15,633 bases of DNA from Candidatus Micrarchaeota archaeon (GTDB lineage Archaea > Micrarchaeota > Micrarchaeia > Anstonellales > Bilamarchaeaceae). The DNA lies in the NCBI GenBank assembly GCA_018304385.1, contig JAGVWJ010000061.1, forward strand, positions 1-15,633. Reading direction: 5' to 3'. Below are positions 7,215 through 14,537 of this stretch, one piece after another; the first letter of the stretch is position 1, and the number at the start of each line of letters is the position of its first letter. A program made the translations under genes and the position numbers. Below the pieces are notes generated by a model, which saw nothing but the letters and a program-made list of their open reading frames with translations, searched no databases and was not told the origin of the DNA.

Positions 7215-9076
7215 ATTAGATATGCTGATTACACGCCATATAGTGGATGGCTTGGCTAGTCTTCGCAAGGTCACGTGGTAAGCTACGAAAAGTCTGGGGT
7301 AGGCGCACGCAGCCTTTGATCCCAGAATCTGACTGTGCACAGCTTGAATAAAGTTGTGCAATAACTTCCTGAAATGAAGCGTCTTAGTAAGGAATGGAAA
7401 AAAAATCAACCGAGATTCGGTAAGTAACAGCGAGTGAAAGCCGAATAGATCAAACCGAATTCTGCTTGGTAACAGGCAGTAGATGTGGTGGGGAATATCC
7501 TTTATCTTAGCTGAAGTTGACTGGAAAGTCATACCATAGCGGGTTATAGTCCCGTAAGCAAAGGAAAGAGGAATGATCCAAAAAGAGTAACATGCCCTAG
7601 ATTGGGCGTGTGAAAATAGGGGTATCAACCTCTAAATCTAAACATGGAAGATTAGACCGATAGCGAACAAGTACCGCGAGGGAACGTTGAAAAGTACCGC
7701 GAGAGCGGTGTGAAAAGTGCCTGAAATTATATGGTTACAGAATGATATAGCATGAAAGGTTAAGCATTTTGGAAGTCTGCTTGGGCAACTTAGCAGGTGA
7801 CAAGGTGTTTCAGTGTTATATCTTTCTTCTCGAAGCAAGAGCCATGGAGTTACTGGGCGTGGCGAGGCGAAAGCCGAAGCGAAAGCAATAGCGCGCAAGC
7901 AATGAGGCGCGACGTCTTAATCGGCGTTAAGTCACTCTCAGCAGACCCGAAGCCATTGTGATCTACACCTGACCAGGGCGAAGCCATTCTGACGAATGGT
8001 GGAGGCCCGCAACCGATGCTAGTATATTCTGCTCGGGTGAGTTGGGTGTAGGGGTGATAGTCCAATCGAACGTGGCGATAGCGGGTTCCCCTCGAAATGT
8101 CCCTCAGGACAGCGTCTTTCGAGGATAATACAACGGTAGAGCACTGATTACTGGGAACGGTTCCGAAAGGGATCGCCTGGTTCTCAAACTCCGAATGTTG
8201 TATTTCTATAGACAAAGGCAGTCGAGTTTCACGGAGTAAGTCTGTGAGCTCTTTCGGGAACGACCGTACGTAAGGTTAAGGACCCTAAATTCTGACTAAG
8301 TGTTAATCGTAAAGGAATCTCCTCTCTGAGACAACCGGGATGTAGGCTTAGAAGCAGCCATCATTTCGAACGGAGCGTGGTTAAACGCGTAATAGCGGAC
8401 CGGTCGAGAGTGCAGGTTCTGAAAATTCACGGGGCTAAGTCAGGTTCCGATACCTTACCCGCGCCAAAAGCGCATGGAGTAGGGGGGCGATCGGATTGCG
8501 TAGAAGTATGGCGGTAACGTCATATGGAGCAGTCTGATACGAATATCATGGTGTTAGTAGCAGCATATCCAGGTGAGAATCCTGGACACCGAATAGAGCA
8601 AGGTTTCCTCAGCAATGTTCGTCAGCTGAGGGTTAGTCGATCCTAAGGTCCGCGGTAACTCCAAGAGGCCGAAAGGGAATCTGGCTAATATTCCAGAACT
8701 ATAGTGGTAGACGTGGTAACACAAGCAGTTTCTCTGACATCTTTGGATATGTGGAGCAGCGCAAGCTGTCTGTAGGCAGTAGGTCCTCGGAGTCTCGTTG
8801 TGAGGAGAAGAGGATGAAAGCCGAAAGAGCAATTCTATTGAGTCCGGGGATCCATGAAAAGGAGAGCTGAGCGATCCATTATAATCGTACCTAGAACTAA
8901 TACAGGTGCTCTAGCTGAAAAGGCTAAGGTGTGGCAGGAGAACTTAAATAAGGGAATTCGGCAAATTAGCCCTGTACCTTCGGTATAAGGGGTGCCTTCG
9001 CTTGCGTAAAGCGGAGGTCGCAGTGACAAGGGAAGAGCGACTGTTTATCAAAAACACAGATCATCGCAGAGGCGAA

Positions 9077-9131
9077 AGCTTTGAATTTAGGGCAAAAAAA
9101 TAAATTCAAAATTTGTCCGCAAAGCAGCCAA
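9077..9131 (+). other. 55-nt ORF-less BHB intron (approx. E. coli 1809/1810)
   Basis: Central GGCG/AGCC (one G-A mismatch), bulges AAA and AAA, inner helix GCTTT/AAAGC. Excision restores the hairpin GGC-GAAA-GCC. Internal stem TTTGAATTTA/TAAATTCAAA. Confidence 0.75.
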
Positions 9132-9336
9132 AGCCTGAGTACGATGGTTGACGCCTGCTCACTACTGGTACCTGAACGTCGGTTTCAACCGGAAAAAGGG
9201 CCAGCAAAGAGCGGGGGTAACTCTGACCCTCTTAAGGTAGCGTAATACCTCGCCGCTTAATTGGCGGCTTGCATGAATGGCGTAACGACTCTTCCACTGT
9301 CCCTATTTAGGACCTGGTGAACTCACTTCCCGGTGA

Positions 9337-9392
9337 ACTTCTTTTTTCAGATTTACATATACAAAGTAGGATACTGAAGACTGAAGACCGAT
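9337..9392 (+). other. 56-nt ORF-less BHB intron (approx. E. coli 2030/2031)
   Basis: Central CGGT 9331-34/ACCG 9387-90, bulges GAA and ATA, inner helix CTTC/GAAG. Excision restores CCGGTGAAGATGCCGG. Confidence 0.88.
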
Positions 9393-9417
9393 AGATGCCG
9401 GGGACTCCCAGAGGGAA

Positions 9418-9461
9418 TTTAGCGTAATTAAATTTTTTTCAATAATTAGTGCTAGCTCTAA
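9418..9461 (+). other. 44-nt ORF-less BHB intron (approx. E. coli 2055/2056)
   Basis: Central AGGG 9412-15/CTCT 9456-59, bulges AAT and AAA, inner stem TTAGCG/TGCTAG plus TAATTA/TAATTA. Excision restores GAGGGAAACGAAGAC. Confidence 0.85.
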
Positions 9462-9644
9462 ACGAAGACTCCATGGAGCTTTACTGTAGTCTGATCTTGT
9501 AATAGCGAGTCCATTACATAGAGTAATTGGGAGAGGTCATGCTGTGTCTTTCGGGGCACGGTTACTCAAAAGTGTAACACCAATTAGTGGATTTGTTATT
9601 GCTTACTCGAAAGAGAACAGGGTCAGGTGGACAGTTTGGCTGGG

Positions 9645-10346
9645 AGCCTTTAGGAATAAGATAAACAAGAGTCCAATAGCTCGTTCTTGGTTTTTCCAAA
9701 GTTTGCAGAAGTTGATTGAACAACAGTGCTTTCAGGAAGGAATCGAATTTTAGATGCGAATTTTCTAATTTCGCTTATTCTATTAATTCGAATTCCTTTT
9801 GAAGTTATTAAACTAAATATATCCAAAGTTTCAAGAAGTTCAAAAAGCTGTTGTCTCAATCCAGGATGAACACATGCAATTTCTAAAACTGCCTTATGGC
9901 TTTTATTAGAATAGATGCATCCATCTGCTGAGAAATATGTTTGAAGGAAGGCAATTGCAAAATCTGAACTATTAAATATTTCAGAAGGAATTTTTGCCTT
10001 TGGATATTTTCCATCTTGGAAGCGAAGTGTTCTGAAAGATGGCGAATATTTAAAGAGGCAATCCGCAATTTTCTTTGAGAAAAATCTCACAGATATTGCG
10101 CCTTTACATTTGTTTATGTGGAAATTTAAATTTCCAAAACATTGGGTAGCCAAGTATTTGAATTTTTCAAGCATTTGTTTGTTTTTATTGGTAAATTGAA
10201 TACAATACGTCCGTTTACTTTTATCATAGTAGACAGAACCATCAGAAAATAAAAAACCAATAAGAGCGGCAAGATTTTTGTCCATAATTTTTATATTATG
10301 GAAAATTATATTTATAGGACTTTTGCTTATTCCTCTAGGCCAGCAA
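9645..10346 (+). mobile_element. 702-nt BHB intron in the P-loop (approx. E. coli 2252/2253) carrying an antisense homing endonuclease gene
   Basis: Central GCTG 9639-42/CAGC 10341-44, bulges GGA and AAG, inner stems GCCT/AGGC and AGGAATAAG/CTTATTCCT. Excision restores GGCTGGGGCGGTAC. Confidence 0.92.
9650..10285 (-). CDS. Double-motif LAGLIDADG homing endonuclease (211 aa), antisense to the rRNA
   Basis: Motifs LAALIGFLFSDGS and IAFLQTYFSADGC. The start is set at ATG 10285 (MDKN...) because the longer listed ORF crosses the intron boundary into exon. TATAAATA on the minus strand at 10316-10309. Confidence 0.9.
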   Translation of the reverse strand: MDKNLAALIGFLFSDGSVYYDKSKRTYCIQFTNKNKQMLEKFKYLATQCFGNLNFHINKCKGAISVRFFSKKIADCLFKYSPSFRTLRFQDGKYPKAKIPSEIFNSSDFAIAFLQTYFSADGCIYSNKSHKAVLEIACVHPGLRQQLFELLETLDIFSLITSKGIRINRISEIRKFASKIRFLPESTVVQSTSANFGKTKNELLDSCLSYS

Positions 10347-10547
10347 GCGGTACGCTCTCGATAAAGAAACAAGAGCGCCCAATGTCGATCTCATTCCGGT
10401 CAGAAATCGGAAGTAGAGGGTGAACAACAAATGATCGACTGACTGTAACCTTAAAAGCGTGGGTTGCAGGGATGAAAGTCGGGTGTAGCGAACCTTGTAG
10501 CCTTTTTGATGAGGGCACAAGCTGTCAGACAAGCTACCCTGGAGGTA

Positions 10548-11216
10548 ATTTACTAGCAATCATTTTTCTATTGCTGGAAATATAGTTTCTCTTATAAATT
10601 TTCTCTACTATTTAATCAACATGAATCCAGATCTTGCCTATTTATTAGGTGCTGCAGGTGATGCATCAGTTATCTATAATAAAAAACGTGCTGAGTATTA
10701 TATAGAATACTGGCAGAAAAATTATAAATGGCTGGAGCAAAGTGTTGCACCGCGAATCAAAAAACTTTTCAATAAAAATGTCAAATCCATTCCAAAAAAG
10801 AATGGGTTATTTCTAATGCGTTTTTATTCGAAAAGTGGTTACGAGTTGTTTAAAAAATATTTAAGCAATTCAACCTTGATTTTAGAAGAAACTAATGAAG
10901 CACAATTAAGTTATGTGCGAGGTTTCTTTGATGCGGAAGGAAGTGCACCTAAAAGAAAGCATGGTACTACCTATAGAATTCATATCTATCAAAAGAATTT
11001 GGAACCTTTGAGAGTAATCTCAAAAATACTTTCAAATAACGGAATTATTGTTGGTAATTTAACAAATAGTAGGGATATTGGCTTATTGCCTATAAGAGGA
11101 AAATCAAATATTGCATATTTTATTCAAAATGTAAAACCAGAGCATCCTGATAAAACAGTTGCTCTTGAAAACTTATGCAAGTAATTATTTTTTCCAGTTT
11201 GCTAGTAAAACCTTAT
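10548..11216 (+). mobile_element. 669-nt BHB intron in the peptidyl-transferase centre (approx. E. coli 2450/2451) carrying a sense homing endonuclease gene
   Basis: Outer helix CCTG/CAGG, central GAGG 10542-45/CCTT 11211-14, bulges TAA and ATA, inner stem TTTACTAGC/GCTAGTAAA(A). Excision restores GGAGGTAACAGGCT. Confidence 0.92.
10621..11184 (+). CDS. LAGLIDADG homing endonuclease (187 aa; two motifs, the first degenerate)
   Basis: DLAYLLGAAGDAS and QLSYVRGFFDAEGS; lies wholly within the intron; TTATAAAT at 10592-99 upstream of the ATG. Confidence 0.9.
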   Translation: MNPDLAYLLGAAGDASVIYNKKRAEYYIEYWQKNYKWLEQSVAPRIKKLFNKNVKSIPKKNGLFLMRFYSKSGYELFKKYLSNSTLILEETNEAQLSYVRGFFDAEGSAPKRKHGTTYRIHIYQKNLEPLRVISKILSNNGIIVGNLTNSRDIGLLPIRGKSNIAYFIQNVKPEHPDKTVALENLCK

Positions 11217-11243
11217 ACAGGCTCGTCGCGGGTGAGAGTACAC

Positions 11244-11477
11244 TTGAAGCTTTTAGGAAAAGCTTCACCAAAACGGTGATGCTAAAAGTTTTGATACAAT
11301 CTAGCGCAAGCTATCCTGAAATGCGCAAGCATTTTGGGAACTGGTGACCGAAAGGTCACTGGAGAGACTCTTACTTATGAGACTTCGGTCTCAATTGAAT
11401 AGAAACAAATTCTTTAAAGTAGGGGATTTAGTTGATCTCATCTGCTCTCATTATTATATTTGAGATCAACAGTATAA
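11244..11477 (+). other. 234-nt ORF-less, highly structured BHB intron in helix 89 (approx. E. coli 2477/2478)
   Basis: Central GTAC 11238-41/GTAT 11472-75, bulges ACT and AAA, 2-bp helices on each side. Excision gives GAGAGTACACATCGACCCC, the canonical length. Confidence 0.85.
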
Positions 11478-11534
11478 ATCGACCCCGCGGTTTGGTACAT
11501 CGCTGTCGGCTTGGGATATCCTGGTCGTGTAGGA

Positions 11535-11613
11535 AACACGAACCATGTATAATTCCCGATGCTGCGTTTTCCAAATAGTAGTGTTGGGAATAAACTCTGG
11601 TTCGCGTCTATAA
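11535..11613 (+). other. 79-nt ORF-less intron with a relaxed BHB in helix 91 (approx. E. coli 2534/2535)
   Basis: Central GTAG 11529-32/CTAT 11608-11, bulges GAA and AAG, inner stem ACACGAACCA/TGGTTCGCGT, internal 13-bp stem 11553-65/11578-90. The exact boundary could shift by 2 nt. Confidence 0.82.
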
Positions 11614-11741
11614 GCGGCCAAGGGTTGGGTTGTTCATCCATTAAAATCCCACATGAGCTGGGTTCAGTACGTCGCGAGACAGTACGGTAGTATCTCCTGG
11701 GAGTGTAGATCCTTGAGAGTAAGAATGCCTGAGTACGAGAG

Positions 11742-11776
11742 ATAGCGTTAGCTAGCGATAGCTATCGTAACTCGAA
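11742..11776 (+). other. 35-nt BHB intron in the sarcin-ricin loop (approx. E. coli 2663/2664)
   Basis: Central CGAG 11736-39/CTCG 11771-74, bulges AGA and AAG, internal TAGCTA-GCGA-TAGCTA hairpin. Excision restores AGTACGAGAGGAAC. Confidence 0.9.
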
Positions 11777-12001
11777 GAACGGGCATTCGGCGCCTCTAGT
11801 ATACCGGTTGTAAAATTGCATAGCCGGGCAGCCACGCGCCACGTCGATAAGATCTGAAAGCATCTAAGATCGAAGCGACTCTTAAAACTAGGGATCAAAG
11901 TCCGCCTATAGTAGATAGGTTTGATAGGATCGAGGTGTAAGCGTTTAGCGTAAGCGAGACGTTCAGCCTGCGATTACTAAAGGAATATTTGTATATCTAA
12001 T

Positions 12002-12049
12002 ATCACTTCAATCTATGATTTCTTGTCATTACTTTCATGCTACACGCAT
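12002..12049 (+). other. 3' trailer strand of the pre-23S processing stem
   Basis: Complementary to leader segments 7156-63, 7051-73 and 7042-50; followed by a T run at 12049-12055. Confidence 0.8.
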
Positions 12050-12156
12050 TTTTTTAATTTTTTATCCAAACCTTTTATGCGTTTCGCGTAAAAATTTGCC
12101 AAAATTTCTTAGCATTTTTGGCAAACCTTTTTATTTCTATTTAACATTATTCTCTC

Positions 12157-13002
12157 ATGGATTATCAAGGTTCTAATTACGATATAAAAGGCCATATTAT
12201 CTATGAAGGATATAGTGAAGGAGAAAGCTGGCGATTTGAAGAATGGACATTGAAGTTTCCTTTAGATACTAGATATCTAGAGAATGATGAAGGAACATTT
12301 ATCCTATGGCAAGCACCTTCTGGCGGCACACCAGCAATAACAGATGAAAACAATAATCCTATAGAATTTAATGTAAGTGCACACGCTGCAACTGCAAGTG
12401 GATCACGCATTAGTTTGCGAAAGGGCCAAAAACTTTTTGTAAATGGATTAGCAATGCAGATAGAAGAAAGCGAGGTTGTAAAGGTTGTATCTAGCGATAG
12501 TGATGATCTTGATGTTGGGGAAAAGGTTTGGTATATTGATTTGTTTAAAGGAGATAAAAGATATACAATAGAATTATATGAGAATGGAGAAAAGGAAATT
12601 AGCGAAGGCAGAATGGTAATTCCTGCTGATTTTGAATGGGCGAAAGCGCAAGCAAATACACCATTATATTCAGATGATGAAGGCGCAGCGTTTACTGGTT
12701 CAGGTAGGGGGAAAGGAAGTTTAATTAGTACTGTTATTGGTCTAATATTTTTAGCTGGCATTGGTGCATTTGCGTTTGGATTTGTTGGCGGTGGCGAAGT
12801 TACTAGAACATGCCAGGAATGTATAACTTATTGTGGAGATTTAAACTCTACGACTGCATGGACTAATGTTACGCAAGTTGATTGCAATGAATGCAAATTA
12901 AATTGTGTTGAGAACGGCCAGGTGCGTCGTGATAGAAATTTTAGATCAAGGTACATTCGTGGATCAAGGAGTCATGGATATGGTGGCGGTGGCGGAAAAT
13001 AA
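12157..13002 (+). CDS. DUF4178-like protein with a C-terminal TM helix, Cys-rich segment and Gly-rich tail
   Basis: N-terminal YDIKGHIIY..GESWRFEEWTL..RYLENDEG pattern resembles DUF4178; TM LISTVIGLIFLAGIGAFAFGFV; ends GSRSHGYGGGGGK. The gene context supports the call. Confidence 0.6.
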   Translation: MDYQGSNYDIKGHIIYEGYSEGESWRFEEWTLKFPLDTRYLENDEGTFILWQAPSGGTPAITDENNNPIEFNVSAHAATASGSRISLRKGQKLFVNGLAMQIEESEVVKVVSSDSDDLDVGEKVWYIDLFKGDKRYTIELYENGEKEISEGRMVIPADFEWAKAQANTPLYSDDEGAAFTGSGRGKGSLISTVIGLIFLAGIGAFAFGFVGGGEVTRTCQECITYCGDLNSTTAWTNVTQVDCNECKLNCVENGQVRRDRNFRSRYIRGSRSHGYGGGGGK

Positions 13003-13564
13003 AATCTTTCTACTAGTTCTTTTTATCTCTGGTTTTACATCTATGTCATATGAGATTGTTCTAATCAGAGAAATTAGTATTATTGTTGGGCCAACTGAAA
13101 GTGCAAGCGCATTAGTACTATCTGCATTTATGGCCGGTCTAGCATTAGGCGCGTATATACTTGGCAATGCTAGCGAAAAGCAAAACCCAATTAAGCTGTT
13201 AATAATTGTTGAAATTGTTTTGGCATTAGTTGGTCTAATCCTTTTGCCCATTATACGTACGCTAGCAATAGTAGAATCAATGTTTTTCGTATTTATTTTT
13301 TCATTCTTACTAATGATTATACCAGCGTTTTTTATGGGAGGGGAAATACCAATTGTCAGCAAGATTCTTAATCGAAATAATAAAACTGGTGCAAATGTTG
13401 GTGCTGCATATGCAAGCGATACAATTGGCGGCATATTAGGTAGTTTGCTCTCTGGTTTGTTTCTTTTGCCCGAGTTCGGTAGCTTCCGTGTTTTTGCATT
13501 CGGAAGTTTGCTTAATGCTATTGGTGCTTTGTTAATAATATATAGAGAGAAGTTGATTAAATGA
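12980..13564 (+). CDS. Membrane domain of a membrane-type spermidine synthase, encoded as a separate ORF
   Basis: About six TM helices; LFISGFTSMSYEIVLIRE...SAFMAGLALGAY and GAAYASDTIGGILG match the N-terminal domain of fused SpeE-like proteins. AGGAG at 12967-71 favours ATG 12980. Confidence 0.75.
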   Translation: MVAVAENKIFLLVLFISGFTSMSYEIVLIREISIIVGPTESASALVLSAFMAGLALGAYILGNASEKQNPIKLLIIVEIVLALVGLILLPIIRTLAIVESMFFVFIFSFLLMIIPAFFMGGEIPIVSKILNRNNKTGANVGAAYASDTIGGILGSLLSGLFLLPEFGSFRVFAFGSLLNAIGALLIIYREKLIK

Positions 13565-14505
13565 AATTAGCACATATTGCAGTAGCAATCATAATAGTTA
13601 TTCTAATTATACTTGGAACCGACATTGCAGGCAAAATAGAAAATTTTGAACCAGAATTTGGCGAGCGTTTAATATATAGCGAGCATTCAAAATATCAGAA
13701 AATTGAAATAGTTAAGTTGCCTGAATATGGAAATGCATTGCTACTTGATGGAGAGTTTCAACTAAGCGAAAGCGATGAAAGCTTTTATCATGAGGCATTG
13801 ATACATCCTGCACTCTTTTTGCATGACAATCCAAAAAATGTTTTAATTATTGGTGGAGGGGATGGTGGCGCAGTAAAAGAGGCGCTTAAGCATAACGTTA
13901 ACGTGACCTTAGTAGAGCTTGATGATCGCGTTATTGAGGTTTCAAAAAAATATTTTAGTTTTTCAAAGGCTGCATTAGAAAATAAACACGTTAACGTAAT
14001 TATTACAGATGGTAGGGGCTTCTTGAAGAATACAGACCAAAAATATGATATAATAATTGTTGATTTGCCAGATCCAGATAATTCCAATGTTGCATTATTA
14101 TACACGCGCGAGTTTTACTATATTGTAAAAAGTAGGCTCACCTCGCGAGGCATACTTGTAACTCAAGCAACCTCTCCTTTTTATTATCCGCGCGCTCACG
14201 CAAGCGTATATAAAACTGTAGATTCAGTTTTCAATAAAACCTATTCATATCACACATGGGTTCCTATTTTCGGTGATTGGGGGTTTGTTTTAGCGTGTAA
14301 TTATGATTGTAATGCACATGGTGCAGATGTATTTAACAGAATAAACAATAAAACCTTCATCACTACTCATTTCAATAGTGACATTTATCTTGCATACTTT
14401 GCATTAGATAATCGAATAAAAAGTTATCTTAATTCTGAAGTTGATATAAATTACGACGAAACATTGCATATAGTAAAATATATGCTTAGTCCGCAGTTTA
14501 ATTAA
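13561..14505 (+). CDS. speE: Polyamine aminopropyltransferase (spermidine synthase family) with an N-terminal TM anchor
   Basis: LLLDGEFQLSESDESFYHEALIHP, VLIIGGGDGG and DIIIVDLPDP motifs; ATGA overlap with the upstream ORF. Confidence 0.93.
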   Translation: MKLAHIAVAIIIVILIILGTDIAGKIENFEPEFGERLIYSEHSKYQKIEIVKLPEYGNALLLDGEFQLSESDESFYHEALIHPALFLHDNPKNVLIIGGGDGGAVKEALKHNVNVTLVELDDRVIEVSKKYFSFSKAALENKHVNVIITDGRGFLKNTDQKYDIIIVDLPDPDNSNVALLYTREFYYIVKSRLTSRGILVTQATSPFYYPRAHASVYKTVDSVFNKTYSYHTWVPIFGDWGFVLACNYDCNAHGADVFNRINNKTFITTHFNSDIYLAYFALDNRIKSYLNSEVDINYDETLHIVKYMLSPQFN

Positions 14506-14537
14506 CTCGGAACTGGAAACAGAGAACTCAAAACTAC

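Larger units (their letters stand above)
7215..12001 (+). rRNA. rrl: 23S rRNA gene, archaeal, unlinked from 16S/5S, split by eight introns (ends approximate)
   Basis: Conserved landmarks in the correct order: GTGGATGGCTTGGC (7243), GACCGATAGCGAACAAGTACCG, GTAGGCTTAGAAGCAGCCATC, GGGTAACTCTGACCCTCTTAAGGTAGC, GAGCTGGGTTCAGTACGTCG, AGTACGAGAG|GAAC, CTGAAAGCATCTAAG. Terminal helix ATTAGATATGC 7215-25/GTATATCTAAT 11991-12001. The 4787-nt span minus 1874 nt of introns gives ~2910 nt. Confidence 0.98.

Noticed and set aside
7741-7915. Apparent insertions and GCGAAAGC-like repeats at 7741-7830 and 7866-7915
   Set aside because: They correspond to normally variable archaeal helices (H25 and H28-31 region) with GNRA loops, not to introns or a repeat array.
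8367-8386. A ninth BHB intron in the GTPase centre
   Set aside because: No register gives a 4-bp central helix with two 3-nt bulges that also restores consensus length. Reported as an expansion instead.
7164-9753. Listed ORFs at 7164-7628, 7638-7898, 7850-8215, 8554-8832, 8835-9029 and 9544-9753
   Set aside because: They overlap conserved 23S exon sequence and have no protein-like motifs; these are the usual spurious rRNA frames.
10286-10372. 29-aa N-terminal extension of the antisense endonuclease (240-aa version)
   Set aside because: It runs out of the intron into rRNA exon. The TATA box position and first LAGLIDADG motif fit ATG 10285.
10570-10580. ATTGCTGGAAA resembling the group I intron P element, and AGAGACT at 11363-69 resembling R
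   Set aside because: No matching Q/S elements or P7 partner were found, the introns do not end in the required G, and BHB junctions explain the boundaries exactly. CTGGAAA simply pairs with TTTCCAG at 11191-97.
9883-11641. Listed ORFs at 9883-10068, 10327-10518, 10335-10559, 11159-11347 and 11438-11641
   Set aside because: They lie opposite a real endonuclease gene or cross intron/exon boundaries, and have no recognisable features.
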